DNA of 63,327 nucleotides, counting the filler, from Octopus bimaculoides (lineage: Eukaryota): assembly GCF_001194135.2 (NCBI RefSeq). It is 4 parts of 4 records of this genome, joined end to end, with 100 filler letters (N's around TTAATTAATTAA, not from the genome) between each part and the next. Parts side by side here need not be neighbours in the genome. Positions count along the whole stretch, not along the records: positions 1 to 18,332 come from NC_068983.1; positions 18,433 to 38,002 come from NC_068993.1; 2 more parts are not named here. One strand, 5' to 3'. A model generated the notes under the pieces. The model saw only the letters and a list, made by a program, of their open reading frames with translations. It did no database searches and was not told where the DNA came from. Positions 12,578 through 24,384 of this stretch are shown one piece after another. The number at the start of each line of letters is the position of its first letter. Within the stretch, counting starts at the first letter, position 1. The position numbers were made by a program, and so were the translations under genes.

Positions 12578-13385
12578 TTTTCTTAACGAAACACTTTCAA
12601 ACTTGGGACACTGGTAGAATGTGTCATATAAAACAACTTCTTCTCTTAAACTTCTTAACAAAAAATTGTACATCGCAAGTTATTTCATGTTAAAGTTGTC
12701 GTATTTCTGTAATTTCAACCAATCACTGACGTCTATTCAGCTGAATACAGTTACTGCTGTTCGGTGTCAAGTGTGTTATTCTCTGTTTAATTATATCATT
12801 ATTCCCTAGTAAGGGTTTAGGGTTCTAGGGTTAGGGTTCGGGTTTTAGGGTAAGGGTTTTAGGGTTAGGGTTGGGGTTAGGGTTAGGGTTNNNNNNNNNN
12901 NNNNNNNNNNNNNNNNNNNNNNNNNNNNNNNNNNNNNNNNNNNNNNNNNNNNNNNNNNNNNNNNNNNNNNNNNNNNNNNNNNNNNNNNNNNNNNNNNNNN
13001 NNNNNNNNNNNNNNNNNNNNNNNNNNNNNNNNNNNNNNNNNNNNNNNNNNNNNNNNNNNNNNNNNNNNNNNNNNNNNNNNNNNNNNNNNNNNNNNNNNNN
13101 NNNNNNNNNNNNNNNNNNNNNNNNNNNNNNNNNNNNNNNNNNNNNNNNNNNNNNNNNNNNNNNNNNNNNNNNNNNNNNNNNNNNNNNNNNNNNNNNNNNN
13201 NAGCAGTAACTCTATTAAGCTGAATAGACATCAGTGATTGGTTGAAATTACAGAAATACGACAACTTTAACATGGAATAACTTGCGAATTCCTTTTTTTT
13301 TTTGTTAAGAAGACTAAGAGTAAAAGATGTTTTATATGACACATTCTACCAGTGTCCCAAGTTTCAAAGTGTTTCGTTAAGAAAA
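12578..13385. mobile_element. fold-back/MITE with about 180-bp inverted arms and internal (TTAGGG)-like tract
   Basis: 12578-12757 is the reverse complement of 13202-13385; degenerate TTAGGG at about 12810-12890; centre lies in an N gap. Confidence 0.8.
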
Positions 13386-13513
13386 TACTGGCACCCCCAT
13401 TTTAAAATAGATCCCAAAATATACAAGTATTCGAAGTTTGAAAGTGTTTCGGTACCAAAAACACTACATAAAAAAATGTTGCCCGTCAAATCACAAAGAT
13501 CCCTATTCTGTTA

Positions 13514-13734
13514 TACGAGGGGTTCCTGAGAGTTCCTGACTTTGTGTAAAAGAAAACATAAGAGGATCAGTTAATTATGATTTTATTCAACATATTCGCC
13601 TCTTAAATTGCACACACTTATTGCAGTGATCCTTCAGATTTTCTAAGCCCTATAAAAGAACTCGGAAGGTTGGACCTCTAGCCAAGCCTTTCCCAACACC
13701 CTTAAAATCGGGAACTCTTCAGCACCCCTACGTA
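13514..13734 (-). mobile_element. mariner-derived MITE
   Basis: TA-flanked TIRs (TACGAGGGGTTCCTGAGAGTTCC / GGAACTCTTCAGCACCCCTACGTA); internal remnant of the transposase end (CNKCVQ). Confidence 0.8.
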
Positions 13735-16047
13735 CATTTGTCCGATCAAGGTTGGCCTGTGGTTAAACAACAATATCAACAACAAAGGAAATATATTCTT
13801 TTTTTATTTAATCAATGCAAGCAACATAACTGGTGGAGTACAATAAAGATGCTAAGGAAGGCTTATATAGGTGTCTGACAAAGCAAATATTTTTAATTTG
13901 CGTGCAAATTCACTCTGCTAGAAATACGGCAGCCTGTCTACAAAACAAGGATTCGTATTAGTCAGCCAAAATGCTAAAGTTCTTTCACAAATAATAACAT
14001 TCTTTAGAATTATTCTTTCACAGATAATGACAATGATGATAATGATGATAATGATAATAATAATAATTATGCTTGTAATCATAATAAATAATGAAATTCA
14101 TTGAAAGGAGATGGAAAAGGTAATGAAAAAAATAAAATGAATAGGATTAACTGGTGCGTGTTTCTCAAAATAGAATAACGAAGCTAATCGTTTATGTGTG
14201 TATGTGTGTGCGTGTGTGTGCGCGTATATACATACACATATAAGCATGTACTTACAAATGCATACGAGCGCATAAACAGGAAAAGAAAACGCAAAGAAAT
14301 TAGTTCACAGAAAACAATAGTTAGCGGTGAATGAATACCGGATTTATTTAAGGAATGACGGTAATGATGGCAGTGGTGGTGGTGGTGGTGGTGGTGATGC
14401 CNNNNNNNNNNNNNNNNNNNNNNNNNNNNNNNNNNNNNNNNNNNNNNNNNNNNNNNNNNNNNNNNNNNNNNNNNNNNNNNNNNNNNNNNNNNNNNNNNNN
14501 NNNNNNNNNNNNNNNNNNNNNNNNNNNNNNNNNNNNNNNNNNNNNNNNNNNNNNNNNNNNNNNNNNNNNNNNNNNNNNNNNNNNNNNNNNNNNNNNNNNN
14601 NNNNNNNNNNNNNNNNNNNNNNNNNNNNNNNNNNNNNNNNNNNNNNNNNNNNNNNNNNNNNNNNNNNNNNNNNNNNNNNNNNNNNNNNNNNNNNNNNNNN
14701 NNNNNNNNNNNNNNNNNNNNNNNNNNNNNNNNNNNNNNNNNNNNNNNNNNNNNNNNNNNNNNNNNNNNNNNNNNNNNNNNNNNNNNNNNNNNNNNNNNNN
14801 NNNNNNNNNNNNNNNNNNNNNNNNNNNNNNNNNNNNNNNNNNNNNNNNNNNNNNNNNNNNNNNNNNNNNNNNNNNNNNNNNNNNNNNNNNNNNNNNNNNN
14901 NNNNNNNNNNNNNNNNNNNNNNNNNNNNNNNNNNNNNNNNNNNNNNNNNNNNNNNNNNNNNNNNNNNNNNNNNNNNNNNNNNNNNNNNNNNNNNNNNNNN
15001 NNNNNNNNNNNNNNNNNNNNNNNNNNNNNNNNNNNNNNNNNNNNNNNNNNNNNNNNNNNNNNNNNNNNNNNNNNNNNNNNNNNNNNNNNNNNNNNNNNNN
15101 NNNNNNNNNNNNNNNNNNNNNNNNNNNNNNNNNNNNNNNNNNNNNNNNNNNNNNNNNNNNNNNNNNNNNNNNNNNNNNNNNNNNNNNNNNNNNNNNNNNN
15201 NNNNNNNNNNNNNNNNNNNNNNNNNNNNNNNNNNNNNNNNNNNNNNNNNNNNNNNNNNNNNNNNNNNNNNNNNNNNNNNNNNNNNNNNNNNNNATATATA
15301 TATATATATATATATATAGATTAAAAGTCCAATTACCCATTGGAACGTACTCAACCTACTCTGAACCGCCAACCCCGCTTCTATTCGCATAAAACCAACA
15401 CAGACAGACAAACCGACAGTCTGACGTTATATTCTCCTCCCGCCTTATTCTTTCTTAGTTCCCCCCTTGTTATCCCTCTGGTGGTTAATACTCCTCATTC
15501 TTTGATAACTTACTAAATTAAGATTCATCATTCCAAATACATCCGTTTCAGAAGTCTTAAAGTCGCTTGGTACTTGGGGAAAAGCTTTCTCCGATATATT
15601 GGTCGTGTTATTGTTGTAGTTGTTGCATCGTTTCCCCTTCTCTAGTTTACCTCTTTAATATTTCGATGTTTAATTATTATTTTTTTGTTCCAGCATATTT
15701 ATTTTGTTATTATTTTGAATATTTTTGTTTGTATTTTTATGATTTCTGTTCTTCATTTATTGTTATTTGTTCAATTTTGCCAACGTCTTCCAAAATAATA
15801 TTATTTACGACTTCAGCAAATTTGTTATCATTTCAATGAGATCTGTGCGTATGTATGGGCGTGTGCTTCAGTGTGTGCATGTGGTACTGTCTTTGTGTAT
15901 GGGAGAGCATATATGTAAATATACATACATACATACATACATAAATGCATACATACATATATACATATATACATACATACATACATACATATATACTTAT
16001 ATACTTACATACATATATACATACATACATATATATAATATATAAAG

Positions 16048-16093
<46 letters not shown>

Positions 16094-16139
16094 TACACAC
16101 AGCCATACATACATACATATATATATACANNNNNNNNNN

Positions 16140-16193
<54 letters not shown>

Positions 16194-16629
16194 TATGTAT
16201 GTATGTATGTATGTTTACGAACACGTGCGCGCAACCGCACGAACAGCTAATAATGATTGTACAGTAAGTCCTTATTTGAACCATTTTTCCCGAATCTGTA
16301 TTGGACATATTCCATATGTGTGTGTGTGTGTGTGTGTACTATGCACACATACTCTCCTCTCCCACGCAGATACACATATACATACAAACGCACACACACA
16401 CGTATACCCATACGCAAACACATATATATACACTTGTACGCACAAACACACACTCACATACACATTACTATTAATAATTGTGCATTGAGTCCTTATTTGA
16501 ACTGTTTTTCCCAGATCTATATTGGGTATATTCCATATTTATTGCACTCCGTACACACATACAGTCGTATACGTATGCACATCTCTCTCTCTTTCTCTCT
16601 CTCTCTTTCTCTCTCTCTCTTTCTCTCTC

Positions 16630-16705
<76 letters not shown>

Positions 16706-17048
16706 TATATATATATACATACATACATACATATACATAAATATATATATATACATATTTATNNNNNNNNNNNNNNNNNNNNNNNNNNNNNNNNNNNNNN
16801 NNNNNNNNNNNNNNNNNNNNNNNNNNNNNNNNNNNNNNNNNNNNNNNNNNNNNNNNNNNNNNNNNNNNNNNNNNNNNNNNNNNNNNNNNNNNNNNNNNNN
16901 NNNNNNNNNNNNNNNNNNNNNNNNNNNNNNNNNNNNNNNNNNNNNNNNNNNNNNNNNNNNNNNNNNNNNNNNNNNNNNNNNNNNNNNNNNNNNNNNNNNN
17001 NNNNNNNNNNNNNNNNNNNNNNNNNNNNNNNNNNNNNNNNNNNNNNNN

Positions 17049-17089
<41 letters not shown>

Positions 17090-17229
17090 CTGGAAATGCA
17101 CTGAGAATAGTGAAGATATTTTTATTATTATATTTAAAGATTTAACCGGTTTCACATTTTACACTGATTTCCAAATATATGAAATAGAAAGACGTCGCTT
17201 ATGTCGCAGCTGTTTTGTTTCTGACTAGT

Positions 17230-18300
17230 GTTTGAAGCTGGCTCAAATTAGTATATATTTTGAATAGGGTTTGATTGGAAAATTTCAGTACTTTGTAGTA
17301 AAGATTGTTTACCAACATGTCATGACAGTCCTGGTTTAGGACTAATGTTGCTTTAATTTAGTCCCAGGAGACATCGTCTCCACCTGGCTATACGACACGA
17401 TATGTGTCCTTCTACTTTCGAACAAGGGAATCTAGTATCCCCACTAAGCTCAAAATAATATCTGTGTATCGCAATTTCTGGGTTATTTCTCTTCATCGGG
17501 GTTTGATTGGTAGAAGATAGTCACATGACTGGTCTTACAAATGTCTGTAGGTTCCCCGCTACATCCGTATGTTAATTTCAAGCGAGAATGTTTTGCGTCG
17601 TAAATTCAGACTGACACGGTTACACTGAACAAGTCGAGTGGTAGTACTACGCAATCAATGTTCTGAATATTTTCTGTCAAGTGTTTGTAGAGAATAAAGC
17701 ACGCGATAAAGTTTAGAAACTTCTGTATGCTTCCCGCTACGCCCGTGCGTTAGTGTCAAGTGGAAGTATATTTAGTGCCTAAAATGAAAGCCGATACGGT
17801 TGAGTGAACATCTTTAGTTACAATCAGGGTGCTACAAATTTAATCTGTCTGGTGGGAGAGTAGACAGGAGTCGTTTGTATGTAGCCCAGTGGCTAAAGTT
17901 TAGGTCGTTAGCTATATAGGTTCCTTATGTTAAGTAGTAGAATGAGTTTTGTGTACAAATAGTTATTTGTGTATGTACTTTGTTAAAGTTTCTTAAATCT
18001 GGGTTTGTCCTTTTGTATGAAAGTATTCTTTTTATTTATCCGTGCTTCATCTGTGGCATTCACTGAAAATAGGTGGAGTGTGAAGACCTAGAATTTGGGG
18101 TACTTATTTTTTGTACATATGTCTATGTGTCTACTCAGTGGAATCTGTCTAGTACTGGGGTTTCGTAGCTGTTGTCAGTGAATGGTCAGTCTGTTTCTAA
18201 GAGTAGGCTTTGTTTGACCTGTGTAATCTTCATTACATCCTTTACGTTTGGTAACGTATATTAAATTCCTTTTACAGTAATTTTTACTGTAAAAATCTGT
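17230..18300 (-). mobile_element. Penelope-like element 3' part (GIY-YIG at about 17995-18267 plus 3' region)
   Basis: NLIYVTKRKGCNEDYTGQTKPTLRNRLTIH*QQLRNPSTRQIPLSRHIDIC...; decayed CCGATGA...GAAA motif at about 17470-17500. Confidence 0.85.
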
Positions 18301-18332
18301 CCGTACGTGTGTGTATTGACCATATATATATA

Positions 18333-18432
18333 NNNNNNNNNNNNNNNNNNNNNNNNNNNNNNNNNNNNNNNNNNNNTTAATTAATTAANNNNNNNNNNNN
18401 NNNNNNNNNNNNNNNNNNNNNNNNNNNNNNNN
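18333..18432. other. assembly spacer 44N-TTAATTAATTAA-44N
   Basis: Exactly 100 bp; identical at 38003 and 60561. Confidence 0.97.
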
Positions 18433-18437
18433 TGATA

Positions 18438-18920
18438 TTTATTCTATCGAATTGTTTTTACCGAAGTGCTATGTGACGGAGACATAAAGGCACCAACACC
18501 GGTTGTCGAGCAGTAGGTTAACAAAGACACACACATATAGACACAGACGCACACATATCTGTAGGACGGGCTTCTTTCAGTTTCCATCTACCAAATCCAC
18601 TCAGAGGCATTTAACCAAGGTGCCACGCTCTGTAGAAATGAAACAGAATCGTGTGTTTCGGAAGCAAACTTCTAGCCACACACATATGCCTGCACCTTAC
18701 ATATATATATGAGTGTGTATGTGTATTTTCTGCGTTTGTGGCTCTGTGTGTGTGTGTTTGTGTGTGTATTTGTGTATGTGTGTGTTTGTGTGTGTTGTGT
18801 GTACATCTGTGTACATCAAGGCTACAATAGAAGACACTTGTTCAAGGTGTCATGCAGTGAGACTGAACTTAGAACCATGTGGTTGGGAAGCTAGCTTCTT
18901 ACCACACAGCCATGGCTGCA
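18438..18920 (-). mobile_element. two decayed SINE-A fragments
   Basis: GACGGGCTTCTTTCAGTTTCCATCTACCAAATCC and AGAACCATGTGGTTGGGAAGC...CCACACAGCC. Confidence 0.75.
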
Positions 18921-19328
18921 CGTGTTCGTGTTAAGAATGATATTAACTGTTTCAGAGTCTTCAGGATGGCACTACCAAAGTTAGTATGAAAGAAATGTGA
19001 ATGCTGATGATAATGTCTTACTTCAGAGAGGAGTGAAATGAGATTGATGTCCTTTTGATGCAGGACAAGAAATTAGCAAACATTTGTGGCTAGCTAGAAT
19101 TTGGGAAGCAGTAGAGGTGCTGCTATTCTGTTGAAAGAAGTGAATAGCTGGGAAAATGGGTTCTCAGTGTGTGGACACTAGTTTCAGAGTGAAGTTTCAA
19201 TTTAGAGTGTAACCTTGGTAGGAGAAATAGGATGATGTATTTGTGCTTCGGACAAGAACAGGATGTGTGGTTTGTGTGATAATAGGGTTTGGGTGTGGAG
19301 TGCTAAGATGGAACAGAGTCTACAAATG

Positions 19329-19454
19329 CAGGAGTGGCTGTGTGGTAAGTAAGAAGCTTGCTTTGCAACCACATGGTTCCAGGTTCAGTCCCACTGCGTT
19401 GCACTTTGGGCTGACCAAAGCTTTGTGAGTAGATTTGGTAGACAGAAATTGAAA
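19329..19454 (+). mobile_element. SINE-A 5' half
   Basis: GCAGGAGTGGCTGTGTGG...GGTTCAGTCCCACTGCG. Confidence 0.85.
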
Positions 19455-19657
19455 GGCGGTGAGCTGGCAGAAACATTAGCACGTCGGGCGAAATGCTTAG
19501 TGGTATTTCATCTGCCTTTACATTCTGAGTTCAAATTCCGCCGAGGTCGACTTTGCCTTTCATCCTTTCGGGGTCGATAAATTAAGTACCAGTTACGCAC
19601 TGGGGTCGATATAATCAACTTAATCCCTTTGTCTGTCCTTGTTTGTCCCCTCTATGT
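19455..19657 (+). mobile_element. SINE-B, well preserved, abutting SINE-A
   Basis: GGCGGTGAGCTGGCAGAA..GAGTTCAAATTCC..GCCTTTCATCCTTTCGGGGTCGATAAATTAAGTACCAG. Confidence 0.92.
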
Positions 19658-19972
19658 NNNNNNNNNNNNNNNNNNNNNNNNNNNNNNNNNNNNNNNNNNN
19701 NNNNNNNNNNNNNNNNNNNNNNNNNNNNNNNNNNAAAAAAAAAAAAAAAAGAAACTCTCTTAATTACCGGTTATGCTTTACATGAAAGCAGGCAATAACA
19801 AATCACCAAAGGCTTCAAGTAGTGCCTTCTCCTGTGACTCAAAGAGACAATACTTTCCTTAGAATGTGAACTGTAGTTCCAATATTCTTAATGTTTTTCA
19901 AAACCCTTGGAAACTGCTCCTAATACTCCAATTATCACAGGTATCACCATTACTTTCCTCATGCCCCATAAC

Positions 19973-19974
<2 letters not shown>

Positions 19975-20017
<43 letters not shown>

Positions 20018-20431
20018 GCCTTTGCACAGCTTCTAATGCTGGAGATGTACTACAGTGTCAACTGTTCACTACCAGTAAACTAAGGTAACACCTCTTATTT
20101 TTCGAGCACCTCCCGGAGTATTCAAGCGGTTCCAAGCAGTGCTGTTTTCTGCAAGTGACCCACCCTTTTTGCAGCCCCTATTTGTTCCACGTACTTCTCG
20201 AGATCTTTGCTCATTGTTCCCAGGGCTCCAACAATTATTTGTACTACTGCTACCTTTTTCATCGACCACAACTGCTTAACTTCCCAAGCTAACCTGTCAT
20301 ATCTCTCGACTTTTCTTTCTTCCTTATCACATACCTTGTTGTCAGCTGGGCATGCTATGTCTATGATCCAGCATAGTTTGTTTTCTTCCTCAATTAAGAC
20401 TATGTCCGGTTTCCTATTCTCTATCTCATCA

Positions 20432-20433
<2 letters not shown>
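19975..20433 (-). mobile_element. 5'-truncated R4/Dong-clade LINE 3' end (RLE endonuclease + 3'UTR + (TAA)n tail)
   Basis: NRKPDIVLIEEENKLCWIIDIACPADNKVCDKEERKVERYDRLAWEVKQLW..IIVGALG..LQKTALLGTA*ILREVLEK*; (TAA)n on both sides. Confidence 0.88.
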
Positions 20434-20484
<51 letters not shown>

Positions 20485-21406
20485 ATTATTATTATTATAT
20501 TTATATTGTTCAAATCACTTTTCTCTACCTTAGCTAAAGCAACTCACTAACTGTCACCTGGTACATAGTAATCTAAAGAGATTAGGTTTTAAAATCAGCA
20601 AACTTTTCTGATCTCATACTGATGGACTGAAGGAGCTAGTATTAATCTTCTTTTGTTTGGCATCCTTGTTTCTTCTTCTTCTTTTTCTTTTTGTATTTTA
20701 ACTTCACCTTGATTAAATTTTTAGTCAAAACGTTACCTGGTTACGGAATTGATTGCGCAACACTATCAGCTGCATTGTCCTTATTATTGTTGCCTTGTCA
20801 TTCCGTTGACGTAATCATCATCATCATTATCATCATCATCATCATCTTGTTCTTTTATGTTTTATTTAGCTGCCCTCCACCATCACCACCACCAACAACA
20901 ACAACAACACCAACACCACTGCCATCATATCATCATCATCATCATCATCATCACTGCTTTTTGTTTTCTTTAAATGTCCTTACATACATTGCTGCCATCA
21001 CCACTACTATCACCGCAAGCATCACTACCACCACATCACCACAAGCATCGCCACCACCACCATCACCACAAGTATCACCACGGCTACCACCACCATTAGC
21101 GTTATCATCATCATCATCNNNNNNNNNNCAACAACACCAACACCACTGCCATCATATCATCATCATCATCATCATCATCACTGCTTTTTGTTTTCTTTAA
21201 ATGTCCTTACATACATTGCTGCCATCACCACTACTATCACCGCAAGCATTACTACCACCACATCACCACAAGCATCGCCACCACCACCATCACCACAAGT
21301 ATCACCACAGCTACCACCACCATTAGCGTTATCATCATCATCATCATAATCTTCATCATTTTGTTCTTTTTTGTTTTCTTTTAATGTCCCCACCACGACT
21401 GCCATT

Positions 21407-21441
<35 letters not shown>

Positions 21442-22099
21442 TATTTTTTACTGTTGCCAATAATCATAATTATCATGCACAATTAAAGAAATAATCTAAA
21501 AGTTTGTTGTAGTCGGCTCTTTTAATTGAAATATCCTCATTAATATCGCGCTTGTATTTATTGATAGATTTGGAGACAGTATTAGTAATTTATTGACATT
21601 AATAATTTCAACTGGGTGGTATCATTAAATATGTTATAAATAGGATATTACATGAAGTTCAAACTGTGGAATAAATGTTATGCTTTGAGTTTCTTTACCA
21701 AAACATAGAATTAACTCTACTGTTTGAACTCTTTTACATTACCATTTGATGATGCAGACCACTTTTAGTTTCCTTCAATTCTACTGTTTTAGTAGGATAT
21801 TACAAATTTAACGAGGCTATTGATTATATAGTTTTGCAATTTATTCAGATCTTTGCAACTTTATGAACTGAGAATAGAAATTTAGAAACAGAGCTAATAA
21901 AAGTTTCCTTATTTATGTTAAATTATTTATGTTGAAATAACAATACCAGTTTCTTTGCTCAGATCATCATCATTATCACCATCATCATCATTATCACCAT
22001 CATCATCATTATTGATCATCGCTTTTCTTCTTCTCCACTTCAAGCACTTGCTCTCACCCTCAGTGTTGTCACCCTCAAGCAAGTAGTGTCATTCATTTC

Positions 22100-22250
22100 T
22101 AACCTTCTATGAGAATCTGTCCAACCATGCAGAAATATATTACCTTGTTGGAAACAAGTGAATGTTGGTGATAGGAAGAGCAGCTGGTCACAGAAAATCT
22201 GTCTTCACAAATTCTGCCTATGCAAGCTTAGAAAAATGGTGGCAGTGGTG
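22100..22250 (+). mobile_element. decayed SINE tail (family G)
   Basis: GGAAACAAGTGAATGTTGGTGATAGGAAG..AGAAAATCTG; same family as 26720-26955. Confidence 0.55.
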
Positions 22251-22359
22251 GTAGTAATAGTGGTGGTTTCTTTTGCCTATTTTGAAGATTATCAGTCCAA
22301 ACCATCATAAACGACCTAATCTCATCAAGGTTTATTATTCAAGTATCTATCATATTTTC

Positions 22360-22566
22360 TTATCTTTTATCTTTCACATGTTTCAGTCATTAGATTGCGA
22401 CCATGCTGGGGCTCTGCCTTGAGGAATTTTAGTCGAACAAATCAGTACCTTGTTTTACTTCTTAAGCTTGGTAATTATTTCATTGGTGTCTTTTGCTGGA
22501 CCACTAAGTTACAGGGGTGTAAAGACACCAACACTGGCTGTCAAGCAGTAGTGGTGGGGTGGGGGA

Positions 22567-22622
<56 letters not shown>

Positions 22623-22791
22623 AATATGTATATATATGCTGGGTTTCTTTCAGTTTCCATCTACCAAATCTGCTCACAAAGCTTTGTTTGGCCCAAGGCT
22701 TTAGTAGAAGATACTTGCCCAAGATGCCATGTAGTGGGACTGAATCTGGAGCCATGTGGTTGGGAAGCAAACTTCCTACCTCACAACCACT
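22360..22791 (-). mobile_element. SINE-A, full length, CpG-decayed
   Basis: Aligns end to end with the 44015 copy; most CpGs changed to TpG/CpA. Confidence 0.88.
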
Positions 22792-23730
22792 CAACTGAAA
22801 TTGCTGGCCTTGTGCCAAAATATGAAACCGTTATTATATTCTCATAGTGTGGTGTCATTTAGTCCAAGATCAATCCTAAATGAATTGACCTATGATGAAA
22901 GGCACTCTGGTTTTGATAATTTCATCATTTTAAAGGAATATGAGACTACATTGTCTCATGTGTTCTTTCCTTTGAGGGAATTTGGTTACTATTTTTAGAA
23001 GTGTGAGAAACCATGAGGAGGCATCTAGGAAATAAGAAAGAAAGAGACCAAAAAATGGTACCTTTTTGGTTGTCCAATATCATAAGATTGTTTTCTCTTT
23101 CCCCTCTAGCCACTTGTTAACAATTCACCACTTGACATGTCATTTTGGTATTGTCTCTTAGTTATTAATTAGTACTTCTTCACAATACCAAAATCTTGAC
23201 AAAATTGGGTTTCTATTTAAATGATAATTCTAATTGTTTTTTTGTTTTTTTTTTCTTTTTTCCTAAAGACGCAGATAAATTATGTCCTACTTGAAGTTTA
23301 TCATTCAAGGAAATATAAACCATCTACTTGCTCTTTTTCTTACTTCCTTCCTATACTCCCCCTACTCCTCAACCATTCTATAGTTTGTATGCACATGGGT
23401 GGATGTACATACACATTTGCCAATCACTATTTATGAATGAGGGTGAAGTGATGTTGCTATATTTCTTCAGAAAGCACTTAAGAAAGTTTAAGATGGATTA
23501 ATAGTTAAATCAAACAAAATAGGTTAATTTAATGTGTATATATGATAGACATGATGTCTATAATTAAAGTAGGCTGGAAAGTATTAGGTTTTAACTTTCA
23601 GAAGCCTTTCCATTATTAATTTCTGAATATATATTTATCTATTATTTTTCCATCGGTTTTCTGTTGTGGGCGTAAATGAAAGTCAAACTAAGTTTCTAGT
23701 GAGGAAAAGCTGACCTATTAATGTTTATAG

Positions 23731-23821
23731 TGATGAGAGGAAGATAACCATATTCTTAATGTCTATACTTTTGGGACGTTTCCCTCTCGTGGTTTGTCTA
23801 TTGGCAGCCTGCAATTTGGAC
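23731..23821 (+). CDS. candidate exon (DERKITIFLMSILLGRFPLVVCLLAACNLD), gene unknown
   Basis: Branch-like CTGAC at 23710, TTTATAG acceptor, GTAAGT donor at 23822, one fully open frame; no homology recognised. Confidence 0.3.
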
Positions 23822-24230
23822 GTAAGTGCCTAAGTTCTGCTGTTGTAAATATTATTTAGCAAACATGTGGTCAAGTTAACAGAACTCTGTATTGAAGTGT
23901 TACTGTGATTAGTTTATTACTTCAGTTTTCTGACTTTAAATTTCATTAATTTATCATAATTTTATTCACCTGGGACAACTAAAATAGGTGTAAGTAATAT
24001 AATGGTAGTAATACAAACACCTGTGTTATCAAGTCTACAAACAGTGGTCTTGTAATTCATCACCATCCAAGAAGTTGTGTCTGAGATCTGGAAGACAGTA
24101 GTCAAGACTGACAAATACCTTGGTAACTTATTACATGTAAGTCTACTCTTATACCATATTTTCCATCATACCAGTTGACTTAGTATATAATGTAAACATG
24201 TACTGTAAACATTCAAACATCTTCATTATC

Positions 24231-24384
24231 ATTTACATTATTTACATTTGACAGATATTTGTCCTCATCTTGTTTGTTGTTAACACAATGTTTCGGCTGA
24301 TATACCCTCCAGCCTTCATCAGGTGTCTTGGGGAACAACAAACAAGATGAGGACAAATATCTGTCAATTGTAAATAATGTAAAT
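24231..24384. mobile_element. Penelope-type fold-back mini-element with 51-bp inverted arms
   Basis: 24231-24281 versus 24334-24384: 50 of 51 positions complementary. Confidence 0.85.
24282..24328 (-). ncRNA. minimal type-I hammerhead ribozyme motif (probably inactivated copy)
   Basis: GACAC-CTGATGA-A-GGCTG(10-nt loop)CAGCC-GAAAC-ATT-GTGTT; helices I and II pair; expected GAAACGTT reads GAAACATT. Confidence 0.7.

Noticed and set aside
12810-12890. Real telomere or chromosome fusion site
   Set aside because: The tract is short, degenerate and enclosed by inverted arms of a repeat element.
16250-16530. Two similar copies of about 70 bp
   Set aside because: A short diverged local duplication within low-complexity DNA, with no further structure.
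20890-21350. About 220-bp tandem duplication (also about 40 bp at 61590-61683)
   Set aside because: Near-identical copies sit directly either side of a 10-N gap, which is probably an unmerged contig overlap or haplotype artefact.
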